From: Octopus bimaculoides
Taxonomy: Eukaryota
NCBI RefSeq assembly: GCF_001194135.2
Contig: NC_069004.1
Coordinates: 12,511,799-12,575,798 of the forward strand
DNA: 64,000 nt
Reading direction: 5' to 3'
Position 1 is the first letter of the stretch. Each line of letters opens with the position of its first letter. The translations under genes were made by a program, and so were the position numbers. The notes beneath the pieces were generated by a model. That model searched no databases and was not told the origin of the DNA. It was given only the letters and a program-made list of their open reading frames with translations. Shown here piece by piece: positions 38,250 through 50,968 of the stretch.

Positions 38250-38379
38250 CATTTACGTAAGCATAATCAGATTTAATACTTCTGATAATCATTTAATCAT
38301 CATTACCATCATGATTTAAACCATTTACAACACCTGATTGTGTTTCTGGTCATTTCAGTATGTGTTTCAAGATCTCTCC

Positions 38380-38740
38380 AAATACATTCAAACCATTTTT
38401 TTCTCGAACCTGCCATCACCTACCTCTCTTGTTAGCCACTATTTTGTTACTTCAGTACATATTGAAAGCATTGTATTACTTTCGTCGTTTCTCAGACTCA
38501 CATGTTCTACAAGGAATGACTTCAGCTTCAATGTCAGCACAAAGAAAACTGAAATTATGAACCAGCCAGCCCTTACATGTGTGGTGCCTGCATACATGGT
38601 CAAAGACTACATTCTGTAGACTGTTGATAATTCTACATAATTTGGCAGCAAAATCAAGCATCATTCACTTTGCTGATGAAGACAGCATTGCTTTTAGTAG
38701 AAAATCTGGAAGAGAAAATGTCTGTCTCCAAACCACTTTA
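38380..38740 (+). mobile_element. Degenerate RTE-like LINE ORF fragment
   Basis: …FSFNVSTKKTEIMNQPA… resembles the post-YADD RT segment; frameshifted, runs into a gap. Confidence 0.5.
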
Positions 38741-39749
38741 NNNNNNNNNNNNNNNNNNNNNNNNNNNNNNNNNNNNNNNNNNNNNNNNNNNNNNNNNNNN
38801 NNNNNNNNNNNNNNNNNNNNNNNNNNNNNNNNNNNNNNNNNNNNNNNNNNNNNNNNNNNNNNNNNNNNNNNNNNNNNNNNNNNNNNNNNNNNNNNNNNNN
38901 NNNNNNNNNNNNNNNNNNNNNNNNNNNNNNNNNNNNNNNNNNNNNNNNNNNNNNNNNNNNNNNNNNNNNNNNNNNNNNNNNNNNNNNNNNNNNNNNNNNN
39001 NNNNNNNNNNNNNNNNNNNNNNNNNNNNNNNNNNNNNNNNNNNNNNNNNNNNNNNNNNNNNNNNNNNNNNNNNNNNNATGTAGCAGAAATAGGTTTGCTA
39101 TACTTTTCAACATAACAAAAGGTTCTTTAATTTCAATAGTCCAAAACAGGTACTTCTCAAACAATTAACTGTATAAAAGAAATGGAAATTCAAGGAACAA
39201 GATGATAAATTTTCCATATATTTTGGTGAGAAATTTATTTCAAATTTGGACATCTGCATATTTTTGATCGATCACTTCTCCAAACTGACCCTAATTTTTT
39301 TATTATTCTCAAATGATGCTCAATTTGCTCGACTAAAGACGGTGCTCCAGCATGGCCGCAGTCAAATGACTGAAACAAGCAAAAGAATTACTTATTAATT
39401 TAATCACAGATCTTAGTGGAAAACTTTTGTTATACTCCTGCTTGATATTTGGTGGCAGCACACCCAATACAAGCACCACCATACGCCACTGAAAGTCAGC
39501 CTTGGAACTTGAACCATGAAGACAGACGAAATGGCGCTAAGCATTTTGTCTGAAGTGCTAAAGCTTCTGCCTGCTCCATGCCTTAACTTATGGGATTATT
39601 GTCAAGAGTTGATTGCTTGGTTTGTAGATCTTTAAAGAGCATATGACCCTGTGTTGTGGAGGGTTTTGCAGCAGTCTGGAATTAATGGGCAATTTCTGCA
39701 TGCTGTGAAAGTCCCTATACAAGCCTTTCAACTCACCTTTTCATAACTC

Positions 39750-39900
39750 TTATGCACTGGATTGACATGCACAGCCGTTATAGAAGTGATACCACAATCG
39801 ATGGGTGCAGGATTGATCAGCTGATATTCGCAGATGACATGGTGTTACTTGGCTCATCAGAAGGGAATCTCCAGCATGCACTGGACGGAGTCACTGCCAA
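39750..39900 (+). mobile_element. LINE reverse transcriptase fragment
   Basis: IDQLIFADDMVLLGSSEGNLQHALD (FADD catalytic motif). Confidence 0.75.
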
Positions 39901-39907
39901 GAGCTGC

Positions 39908-39961
<54 letters not shown>

Positions 39962-40139
39962 ATGCGTACATCCATAGAATACAGTCAGAAATCTTGTAAT
40001 GTGCTACAAACTGTAATTTCTTTGGATGTGCATATTTTAAGCATCATGGGCATTCTTATGTGCTTTTTACATGACACCAGCACAGGACTCTTGAAGACTA
40101 ATCCTCTTCACCAGAGGTAGTCACCTTAACACTTCTTGA

Positions 40140-40490
40140 GTACAACAAAGTTCCAGGCATCTCAGCCCTTTATCATCTCGTCTGAAAGGTTCAGCATCCA
40201 GAGGTTGTCCTTCAGTACTTAATTCCATAACTTCCTGGATCTCCCACTTCCATGCGTTCCATCTACTTTCAGAGATCAGTACTTCTTTATGGAGCTGTCA
40301 GCATCCATCTGCATCACATAACCAAACCAGCACAGTCTTCTCTCTTGCACACTGCATCTAATTCCTCTTATGCCTAACTTCTCTCTAAGTACACTGGCAT
40401 GCCGTGAAACATGTACACTTACATTACACAGCCAGTGGAGCATACTAGCCTCATTTCTCTCTAGCCTTTGCATATATGTATGTAAAAAGG
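40140..40490 (-). mobile_element. RTE LINE ORF C-terminal fragment
   Basis: RLERNEASMLHWLCNVSV…LREKLGIRGIRCSVQERRLCWFGYV. Confidence 0.8.
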
Positions 40491-40876
40491 TAAAGGGTGA
40501 AGATCCCATTCGGTCATGGACGACCATGGGATTGCTCCTAGAAAGTTATGCTCCAGGGCACAAGTCCAGGCAAGGTTGTTTGTGGAAGGCCAGCAGTCAC
40601 CCATGCATACCAGCCTTCCCTCTCCACACCACTGATGTTATCCAAGGGAAAGACGAAGGCTGATCCAGCTTGGCACCAGTGACGTGACAACTCATTTTGC
40701 TCAAGAAAACACCAAGCAGCCTAGTCTGGGAACTGAACTCACTACCTCATGATTGTGAGCCTGAATATAGATCCCACATTATTAGATTCATTCAAAATCA
40801 GTTGTTTTCTTACTGACTGTTGGCAGCATAGATCTGTGCAGACCCCCAACAAATGGTGGCCATTTTTGTGATTGGG

Positions 40877-42510
40877 CAACATTTTCACCGTCACAAATTA
40901 TTAAGCAAGTATAATAAAAATGATAATTGTGTCAGAACAAACATTTATTTAATTCAACAGTAAAGGTTTAATAAAAATATTATTCATAAAGGACTTAATA
41001 TAATAATACGTTCGAATGAAAATAATCATGGCATTATGATGTCATACAGTTCCTAATGTTTGATGTATGATCCTCCACATGCAACAACCTTCCTTGCACG
41101 CTGAGCCATTGAATTTGTCAAGGTGATGATATCCTCGTGTCATGCTTTGAGCAGCATCTACAATAGCATCCCAGAGGGCAACTTTACTTGAAAACTGCTG
41201 TCCATCTTGATAAACCTGCCTCTTCAGGACACTCCGCAGGTTCTCGATCAGGTTTAAGTCAGGAGAACAAGGTGGCCACTCCATCAAAACGACCTGCAGA
41301 GAAGCTTATTTGGTGCAGGTATTCCTTAGAATTCTTCACTGAATGAGAATGGGGCATTATCTTGCATGAAGACCAGCTTTCTCATGAATGAAAGATTTTG
41401 CTTTTTGAACCACGGTTGGAAATTGTCCTTTAAGAAAGTAATATATGTTTTCGATGTCTTCTTAATGCCATCTGAGACTTTCCATGGTCCGACCATCATA
41501 CCACCAACGATGCCAGCCCAAAACTTAACCTCACCTCTCACCTCTTGGTGTCTCAATGAGGATGGTTCCTGCTGACTGATACCCAACCTTTACTCCAGCC
41601 ATCTGGTCCGTCAAGGATGGCAAGGCATTGGTCAGTGAACAGAGCTGTTGAAAAATCTATTTTCATGTAGTCTTTTGCCTATTTCAGTCTCTTCTGCTTA
41701 TGAACATCCTTCAGAGGGGGCCTTATAACAGGTTTAACATTCCTGGTTACCTGCTCCAAGAAGCAACACCTGGTAGTTTCCGATATATCTTCCCTGCCAC
41801 ACCATTTGAAGACTTCTTTAGTTGTCAGACATGGGTTCTGCACAACTCCCCTTTCCACATGTGACAAAGTATGATTTGAAGCAACCCTTGACTTACCCTT
41901 ATCAGCCCTCAACCAGACAGAAATAGGAGACTTCACAAATTTCCTCACTGTTCGGGGATCTCTTCACAGTATTTTTGATATTTCTATGGTTGTTTTTCCT
42001 TTTCCAAGCTCTGATACAATGGTAGACTTCTCATTCGAGGTAAGATCACATTTCTGATCCATTGTTCTTGGCACTCCGTCGCTTACGACGTCGAGGGTTC
42101 CAGTTGATCTGATCAACGGAACAGCCTGCTCGTGAAATTAACGTGCAAGTGGCTGAGCACTCCACAGACACATGTACCCTTAACGTAGTTCTCGGGGATA
42201 TTCAGCGTGACACAGTGTGACAAGGCTGACCCTTTGAATTACAGGCACAACAGAAACAGGAGGTAAGAGTGAGAGATAGTTGTGGTGAAAGAGTACAGCA
42301 GGGTTCGCCACCATCCCCTGCCGGAGCCTCGTGGAGCTTTAGGTGTTTTCGCTCAATAAACACTCACAACGCCCGGTCTGGGAATCGAAACTGCGATCCT
42401 ATGACCGCGAGTCTGCTGCCATAACCACTGGGCCATTGTGCCTCCACTCTGATCTATAATGACACTTAAATAGGACACCTGCCTAATAATTTGGGACAGC
42501 AGAAATGTTG
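40877..42510 (-). mobile_element. Decayed Tc1-family DNA transposon, interrupted by a SINE
   Basis: MDQKCDLT… HTH start, FTDQC…LDGPDGW, FMQDNAP and MEWPPCSPDLNLIEN motifs with stops and frameshifts; imperfect ~34-bp TIRs (…gtcacaaattattaagcaagt / acctgcctaataatttgggacag…). Confidence 0.9.
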
Positions 42511-43408
42511 TTGCTATACGATAATGGCTGTCGTTTGTTTTTGTCTGTACAGATCTGATTTATTTTAACAGAATGTACACAGATAGGTGTTGCTTTCAAA
42601 AGCAGAAGCACACTCTAAGATACAGAGCAGTATATTTTTAAAATGAGGATGTTTATGGGATTATCTTAGGTATCACATCCATAAATCATTTAGCTTTATG
42701 GCATCTCATCAGATCCCAAAACCTATTGGCCCTTTATGGACATGAACCCTAAAGTAATTGCATAAACCGGCCTTCCCCATTTTTAATATATATCATCATC
42801 ATCATCATCGTTTAACGTCCGCTTTCCATGCTAGCATGGGTTGGACGATTTGACTGAGGACTGGTGAAACCGGATGGCAACACCAGGCTCCAGTCTAATT
42901 TGGCAGAGTTTCTACAGCTGGATGCCCTTCCTAACGCCAACCACTCAGAGAGTGTAGTGGGTGCTTTTATGTGTCACCCGCACGAAAACAGCCACGCTCG
43001 AAATGGTGTCTTTTATGTGCCNNNNNNNNNNNNNNNNNNNNNNNNNNNNNNNNNNNNNNNNNNNNNNNNNNNNNNNNNNNNNNNNNNNNNNNNNNNNNNN
43101 NNNNNNNNNNNNNNNNNNNNNNNNNNNNNNNNNNNNNNNNNNNNNNNNNNNTGGGCCTACCTCTTCCAGCAGGACAGAATTTTGTCAGTGAACAGGTCGT
43201 GGTCTCAAAGCGCCGAAATTATTTTGGCAAATTAAATTTAGATGTTGAAGTGAATCTAACGGGTTTTATGTGTTTCTTAAATGGCTTATAAACACCTTCC
43301 ATGCTGCAATTGTTTTCATTCCAGTACACGATCTCAGATCAGGTCGCTTGCTATGCAAGTACATCTCCATAATATATATATATATATATATATATTGATT
43401 CTAGAACG

Positions 43409-43478
43409 GCTGTGCTGACGAGAACACGGATGTCATTACGTAAGTAAAATGTTAATGTTCGAAGCTGCAGTACACAGC
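43409..43478 (+). ncRNA. Type I hammerhead ribozyme-like motif (one core substitution)
   Basis: Stem I GCUGUG/CACAGC; core CUGACGA; stem II GAACA/UGUUC; GAA; stem III GC-UGCA-GU; GUA cleavage triplet. Position 15.1 is G rather than A. Confidence 0.7.
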
Positions 43479-44146
43479 TAATTCTTTACTTTATATTTCT
43501 CATTTTGTCCTGTTATGGTGTTTTGCGAAATTTTTCTTTGTGGTTGGGTCGTTGGTAACCTCTTTCTAGCATATTAGATGTCCACCTAGTGGTCATCCCT
43601 TATACACGTGTAATATATATATATAGTAAGAAGTAAAAAAGATTAGCAAATCCAGGTATACATCTAGAAAGCCCTCAGTGTTAAAAGAATTTGGTTGACT
43701 ATATGAAACAATCAGATACCAATAAATTCAAGTGGAATTGACATCCAAGATCGTTTTCAAATTTTGGCACAAGGCCAGCAATTTCGTGGGTGGGGATATA
43801 TCGATTACATAGATCCCACTACTCAATTGGTACTTATTTCATCGACACCGAAACCCTCGGTGGGATTCGAACTTGGGACGTGAAGACGGACGAAGTCCCG
43901 CTAAGCATTTTTGCCCGGCGTGCATATGATTCTGTCAGCTCGCCGCACTTTTTTTTTAAAGTGGCCTGCAAAAGATGCTACGGTGAATTGAACTCTGTAC
44001 CTCTTAAATTCCAGCTGAGCGCTCTGTACTACTGAGCTAAACGATCACTGACAGTAAATTTACATATCGCTTAGAAAGAATTGCTAGGAATTCGGAGCAC
44101 ACACATACGCACGCAGTGTAGAGAGCGGAAGAGAGACGAAAGTAAG

Positions 44147-44205
44147 ATGGCTTGTAGCAGCACCAGAAGAAGATATCGGGGTGTACCTTCAAGTTTATTG
44201 TCTAG
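44147..44205 (+). CDS. AMN1: AMN1 homolog exon 1
   Basis: MACSSTRRRYRGVPSSLLS+AG/gttcgt; phase 2 joins exon 2 in frame; resembles human RRVSQLLDL. Confidence 0.7.
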
Positions 44206-47202
44206 GTTCGTTCAGCAAAATATTTTTTTACGTTATTATCTTTTAATGTTTGTTATTGCAAGGAATATTGTGTTTTGTATCATGACACTACATGCACGTG
44301 TGTATATATATTTGGATACGTATATTTAACTGTAACCATGTCCCAGTGTACGACTGTAATACATATGACATCTCCCTTCAGGAGCCGTCGTAGCGGCATT
44401 TTAGGCCCCTCCCCGGGTAAAACAATGCATTGGGCCCTATAATATTTATTTCTTGATAGTAAGTCACAACGTATATAGAACGTAATTGACCCCTAGACTC
44501 GTAAACCTCTCAAGAAACTACTCTGTGTACTCATACATTAAGACGGTAATGGCCACCCCATATCTAGTGAATGGGGAATAAAGTCTTGGTCAGTTAGGGG
44601 TCTGGACCTTTATCTTTTTGTCTCTAAAACAGGACAAGCGTCCGAAGCTTTTAAAACTTCTGTTCTTACTTCACGAATAAAACCATTTCCCACTGAAATC
44701 AGTTGAAACGGTGACCATCCCGTATAAAAAGATATTTTTGTTTATCTGTGACCAACTTCTTCTGGGTACACTAGTCTCTTTACTAATTTGAGGGTAGATA
44801 TAGCTGTTATTTCTAGTAGTTTGAACTCACTTCTTGACTGATGAAGAATTGTGATAAATCTGTTGACATTACCTATTTTAACGTAAAATTATAGTAAATT
44901 ATTTATGTCTTACTATTAATACTAATATTTGGGAATATATTTGTTATGATATAAAATTGGGATACTAAAATTATTTAATATTTGGGTTTCTATTTGCGAC
45001 ACCATCTTTGTTTACATGTTTCTATCTTGAAAGTACTTCCGTTTCCGTTCACCACAAAATTATTTTTTGGCCGATTGATTTGACAGAACAAGTGTAAAGA
45101 CTTGAAGTTAACACCGGGTGACTTGAAATCGATTTCTAATTACCCATAGTAATTAGAAATTCGATTTCATCGTTTCCTTTCGATAATCTAAATACGATTT
45201 CAAGTTACTGGAAGTTAGGCTGAATGAAGGAAATCGCTACACTAGTCTCTACAAGTTTCAACCCTTTATATTCTAAGTTCAAATCCTACCCACAGCTACT
45301 TTCTTTCATCCTTCTGTGGATCGATAAAAGAAAGATCTAGAATTTAAGATCTTTTCTGTATGGCTCCACTTTTCGAAATTTTAGAATTAAGTGAACATTT
45401 TCAAATTTAGTATATACATATAATATACAAGTAATGTATATTACAATGTTACAGAAAGAGAAAAAATTAGAAAAATGTTATAGAGATTTAAAGTTTGATA
45501 ATTTTAACCCAGTCAGAAAAAAGAATTTAGAAGCTGGCAATTACCCAAAATTTTAAAAGCTATAACATTCTATTTATTAATTTAAGGACAAAATGAATTT
45601 CATTTCCATAATTAGCATACAAAACTGAAGGAATTGAAAATTGAAAGCCAAACAGAAAAGATCCAGAATTTATTCTGATCGACCATTCTTAACCCATAAA
45701 GCGCCGGGGTTTGCACTTACATAGCATGGACTGCTGAGCACATTTTATGAAAATGAGACTACCATGCACACATAAAAAACAAAAAATAGTTAAAATATCT
45801 TCTTAGTATATAATGGTGGCAAGTTTTACATCATTTGAAAAGTCATTAGTATAACTTATTAGTCCTCTTATATTCTTGCGGGTATCGGAACGTTTGAGTG
45901 ACATTAGACCCCAACAAACGCCCAAATGCATCTATCTGGACCACGGTCGTAGCCTGTGGACCTGTTCCTGACGGCCACGTCCGTGGCCCGTCGCGCTTTG
46001 TGTTAAATGACAAATTAGTAATCGTCAGAACGAGACGGCCCCATACATCCGTCTTCGGGTCTCAGCCTGTGGACATCACTGCACACCTAGGTAACAGTGA
46101 TTGATGCGTGGGAAGCAAAGTAACAGTCTGGACATATTGTACCTTCTCTCCATTGGTCTGTTCTTGCATTCTAGTAGATTCTGGTTGTGGTAGTCCTATT
46201 TGAGACGGTATAAAATTTTCCCTTTCAAAATTTGACAAAAGGCCAGCAATTTGAGGATGGAGATGCTAGTCGATTACATCGATACCATCATTTGACGTGC
46301 ACTTTATTTTATCAACTACGTAAAGAAGAAAAGCAAAATCAACCTCCACACCATTTGAATTCAGAAAGTTAACAGTCGGAAGTATTGCGACTAAGCATTT
46401 TGTTTGACGTACAAACGATGCTGTAGGTCACCCACCCACCTTAGGAGACAGCATAATATACCAGACGGACCCAGAGCACGACAATTGCTGTTTCTTGGCA
46501 TTTATTGTTTTACTCTCTATTGACCGAATTCAAATTCGAGGTTGATTTAATATTCTTATAAAGAATTTTAGATGCGAATAGAATTTTAATAAAAAACTAA
46601 GACTTATGTTCCCCCCCCCCCCAGAAACAGTTTTAAAAAGATGATTTCATCATAGCCATCCTGTCTTTGTTTGAGGCTGCGTTATTCAATGTGTATCTAT
46701 GACTTCCTTGTCCGTTATATTATTCCCATTTTTAAGGCAGTTGGGTTTGATTTAAAGGAGATTTAGCAAGTGTTTTTTACTGCTTGCATGACTTCGTTGT
46801 ATTCCCCAGTCCGATACGAACTACAAGATATTTAAGGGAAGTAACCTCGCTCGTCCTACAAACTTGGACAATCATAGACAGAAAGAGCAACTGAATGAGA
46901 CCCAATTGTGCTGTGTAATCGTTTGTATTGCAACATATGTTCTTTATAGTTTGGTTGGGAACAAATTGGTGAGCACAGTTCATGGTGGACACTATATGTT
47001 TTGTACACATTTACCTTTCAGTTGTTTATTCCCACGTCAACCCTGCGTTTCAACCGTGACCATACCATCTTTTTAAAGGTATTAGACTACTGGGTTGTTT
47101 ACTGTTATCAGACGTATGTTAAATTTAAGGAAGATACAGCCAGAAACCCAGCTACACCACAAGTAACACTACATTATCCAATACAAACTTTATTTGGTTA
47201 TC

Positions 47203-47791
47203 GGATCTATTTTAAAACGGGGGCGCCAGTTTTCATTTATGTTTTATGTAGTATTTTTGGTACCGAAAGACTTTCAAACTTCGTATACTTATCTATTTTG
47301 TGTTATAGAACAGAAAAATATTTTTGTATTCGAATTTATTTCATGTAAAAAATTGTCTTATTTCGATAATTTCTACTAATCACTGACGTCTATTCAGTTG
47401 AAAACAGTTAGCGCTGTAACGGTGTATATCGTATTAATCCCCTAACCCTAACTAGACTGTTAACCCTAACCCTAACCCTAACTCTAGAATNNNNNNNNNN
47501 TATGCGTATAAATTACGATTAAACCGGATGAAATATGTCACAGGGAATAACATTTTTATGACCGCCCAGCAGTAACTCTATTGAGCTGAATAGACGTCAG
47601 TGATTGGTTGAAATTACAGAAATACGACAACTTTAACATGGAATAACTTGCGAATTCCTTTTTTTTTTTGTTAAGAAGACTAAGAGTAAAAGATGTTTTA
47701 TATGACACATTCTACCAGTGTCCCAAGTTTCAAAGTGTTTCGTTAGTGTTTCGTTAAGAAAATACTGGCGCCCCCGTTTTAAAATAGATCC
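47203..47791. mobile_element. MITE with 28-bp TIRs starting GG and an 8-bp TSD (Merlin-like), containing (CCCTAA)n
   Basis: ggatctattttaaaacgggggcgccagt / actggcgcccccgttttaaaatagatcc; TSD tggttatc at 47195-47202 and 47792-47799. Confidence 0.8.
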
Positions 47792-47984
47792 TGGTTATCA
47801 TTTTTGCTATGGTGAACAAAATGGTCTTCTTAAATTCATTTATTAAACAAGCGGAAACGCAACCATTTACTCGGTGAAATAATTACACAGTATTTGGTCG
47901 TGTTAGCATTTTATGTCGTCCAAAGCATGACAAAATGGAAAGTGGACATAGAATAATGATACTTATATATTTATATGTTTGTTT

Positions 47985-48688
47985 CTATGCATAGTGCTCT
48001 TCCTTGCCGTCATGTTTTGCAAACGAACCTTATTGGACCGAATAGTGACTAGTGACGAGAAATGGGTTCTCTATAAAAATATCAAGTGCCAAAGAGAAAG
48101 GAGAAACACCAGCACCCCAGGTTAAAGAAGATCTTCACCCACATAAGATGATGTTATCTGTTTGGTGGGATATGAAAGGTTTAGTCCATTTTGAACTTTT
48201 AAACCCAAACCAAACAATAACAAGGGAGTTCCACTGCAAGCAGCTTGAGTGGCTTAAGTCAGCGCTAGAAGAAAATTGACCATCTTTGGTTTCAAGACGA
48301 AAGATGTTCTTCCATCAGGATAATTGCTTGGCCACATACAGTGAGGATGACATTCCAAAGGCTGGAGCAGTTTGAATGGGAAGCGATGACCCACCCATCA
48401 TATTCGCTCCATCTGGTTATCATTTATTATGCAGTCTTCAAAATCATTTGGACGGAAAAAATATGAATTCTGTAGACGAGGTCAGAAGAGTACTGGAGGA
48501 GTATTTTTCGCCACACACGAGTGAATTTTGGAAGAGGGGCCTTGCAAGTCTACCAATAGATGGGGAAGGGTATTGTAGAAAATGAAGGAAAGTATATTTT
48601 AGATTAAAAAAGAACTTTGTTTATCTTAATTTTGAAAAATACAAGTAGTATAAAAAAAAAACCATTATTTATTGGATGACCCAATATA
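47985..48688 (+). mobile_element. mariner transposase fragment (catalytic region, inactive)
   Basis: LLDRIVTSDEKWVLYKN, KMMLSVWWDMKG, HQDN, APSGYHL…SLQNHLDG; ends in a mariner-like TIR …ttattggatgacccaata-TA. Confidence 0.88.
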
Positions 48689-48770
48689 TTGAATGTTATA
48701 TATGCATTTTGGTTTTATTGTTTTGGCCTGTACAATAAAAAAAAACTCTTTTCCTCTACTACTCTACTAG

Positions 48771-48903
48771 TTCTATGCAGATATTCTTAACCAACTTAGA
48801 AAATGATGGCAGATCTCTACAGTTGTTACCAGTTGACTTACGTGAAAAATGTCTGAACTATATGTCTTTGAGAGGTTTGCTCTCAGATCAGAACTTGAAG
48901 AAT
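48771..48903 (+). CDS. AMN1: AMN1 homolog exon 2
   Basis: SMQIFLTNLENDGRSLQLLPVDLREKCLNYMSLRGLLSDQNLKN vs human [27 protein letters not shown]; ctag/gtaagt. Confidence 0.88.
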
Positions 48904-50298
48904 GTAAGTTGATGTTTGTTTAATGTTTTCTTTTTTTTTGTGTGTTTATTATTTAATTCTCTCTCATCTTTTACATTTTTTGTAATCATTTACCAAATTT
49001 ACCCATCTGTACTCTGAATGATTTTACATATTTCTCCAATTTGAGTCAATAAGTACACCTTTATGCAGTTGCTTGATCTGCTGGAAATGGCAGCCAACTC
49101 TCCCTCAGATCACACCCCATAGCTTCTTTTTATAAGAGCACTACATTAAATAATGTAGTGTTAAATAAATTAATTAAAAAACTTGGGTGTGAGGAAGATA
49201 TTGAAACTGGAGCAGTTTTGGTCATAGGTCTACTTGATCAAGTCTAACTGGGGCTAAATGACAATACCATAATTCTCTAATGAGTTTGGAGCAGTGATTT
49301 CGAACCAGATCACTGGGTATGTGGTCAGACATTACAATCAAACCACCATAGTTTTACATGATTGGTCTATTAACCAACCAATCAGCATAAGGTGATGGCA
49401 TAGACTGGGTTTTCTTGAACATTCTAGAATTTGACTTCCAGTCCCCTATAAAAATTGTTTGGTATGTAGTTTAGATAGCTAGCAGCCAACACAGACTGCC
49501 TAGGACAGAGGACTCAAGGACCTCTGTTACCAAAAAAATTTGCACACTTGATTTCAGATATATTAAGCTAACCTGGACATCAATGTTTTAAAACTTACCT
49601 ATTTTCCATTACATTTCAGACTGATTCAGCGCTGAGTTGCTGAAGCAGAAATATCATTAGAGCAAATATTCTGCTCAGTACCACAGATTTGCTTGTCAGT
49701 TGCTTGACCTTAACCGCTTGAGCATGTCCCTTAATGACTGACAATATATGCAACTCTGATCATGAGCTGGAGTAGTGAAGAATCAGCATAACCATGTTGA
49801 GAAGGATTCTTTGGGGTTTGAATAAACGTAAGGAAAGCAAAGTTTGAAGGAAATATTAACCATTTTTCATACTTTGTAGGGGTAAGCAAATAGGAAATAA
49901 CAGTTGATACCCAGGGACAAAAATCATGTTACACAGTGTAATCTGACTGCTAAAGAGTTGAATATATTTGTTCAGTGCAAACGATATGGCTTTGGGGAAA
50001 TAGGTGTTTTCATATTAAATAAAAATACTGCGTATTTTTACATATTCTAAACCATTGCAATTTCGCAATCAAAAGAAGGGCTTTTTCCATGAAATATAAA
50101 TTTATTAAAATTTCATTATATGGAAATACCTGTCATTCAACTTGATCTGTTTCATCTCTTATCTTAGTACACAGAAAAGATTAAATATTTAAAAGATTTT
50201 ATTTCATTTTCCAAAATTTCCTATAATTTGAAGTTAGAAGCTTTTCCAGATAAACATATCAGATACATTTTATTTTTGTAAATATTCTTTATTTTCAG

Positions 50299-50440
50299 GT
50301 AATCCACAACAATCTCAAAAAACTAGATCTGTCCACATCTTCAGTTACAGAAGCTGGCTTAGTCAACTTAGATCATTGTTCTAAACTTCTAAATCTCAAC
50401 CTTAATTCTTACCATCAAGAAATTCGGTTTTCATCACTAT
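50299..50440 (+). CDS. AMN1: AMN1 homolog exon 3 (LRR)
   Basis: VIHNNLKKLDLSTSSVTEAGLVNLDHCSKLLNLNLNSYHQEIRFSSL vs human [36 protein letters not shown]. Confidence 0.9.
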
Positions 50441-50936
50441 GTAAGTTTTTGAATGTCTGCTGTTTTAAATCCTATTGTAATTTTCTAGANNNNNNNNNNN
50501 NNNNNNNNNNNNNNNNNNNNNNNNNNNNNNNNNNNNNNNNNNNNNNNNNNNNNNNNNNNNNNNNNNNNNNNNNNNNNNNNNNNNNNNNNNNNNNNNNNNN
50601 NNNNNNNNNNNNNNNNNNNNNNNNNNNNNNNNNNNNNNNNNNNNNNNNNNNNNNNNNNNNNNNNNNNNNNNNNNNNNNNNNNNNNNNNNNNNNNNNNNNN
50701 NNNNNNNNNNNNNNNNNNNNNNNNNNNNNNNNNNNNNNNNNNNNNNNNNNNNNNNNNNNNNNNNNNNNNNNNNNNNNNNNNNNNNNNNNNNNNNNNNNNN
50801 NNNNNNNNNNNNNNNNNNNNNAAGCCTAGTACTTATTCTGTCGGTCTCTTTTTGCCGAACCACTAAGTTACGGGGACGTAAACACACCAGCATCGGTTGT
50901 CAAGCGAAGATGGGGGGGGACAAACACAGACACACA

Positions 50937-50968
<32 letters not shown>

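Noticed and set aside
47438-47482. (CCCTAA)n as a chromosome end or fusion scar
   Set aside because: It is internal to a TIR/TSD-bounded MITE
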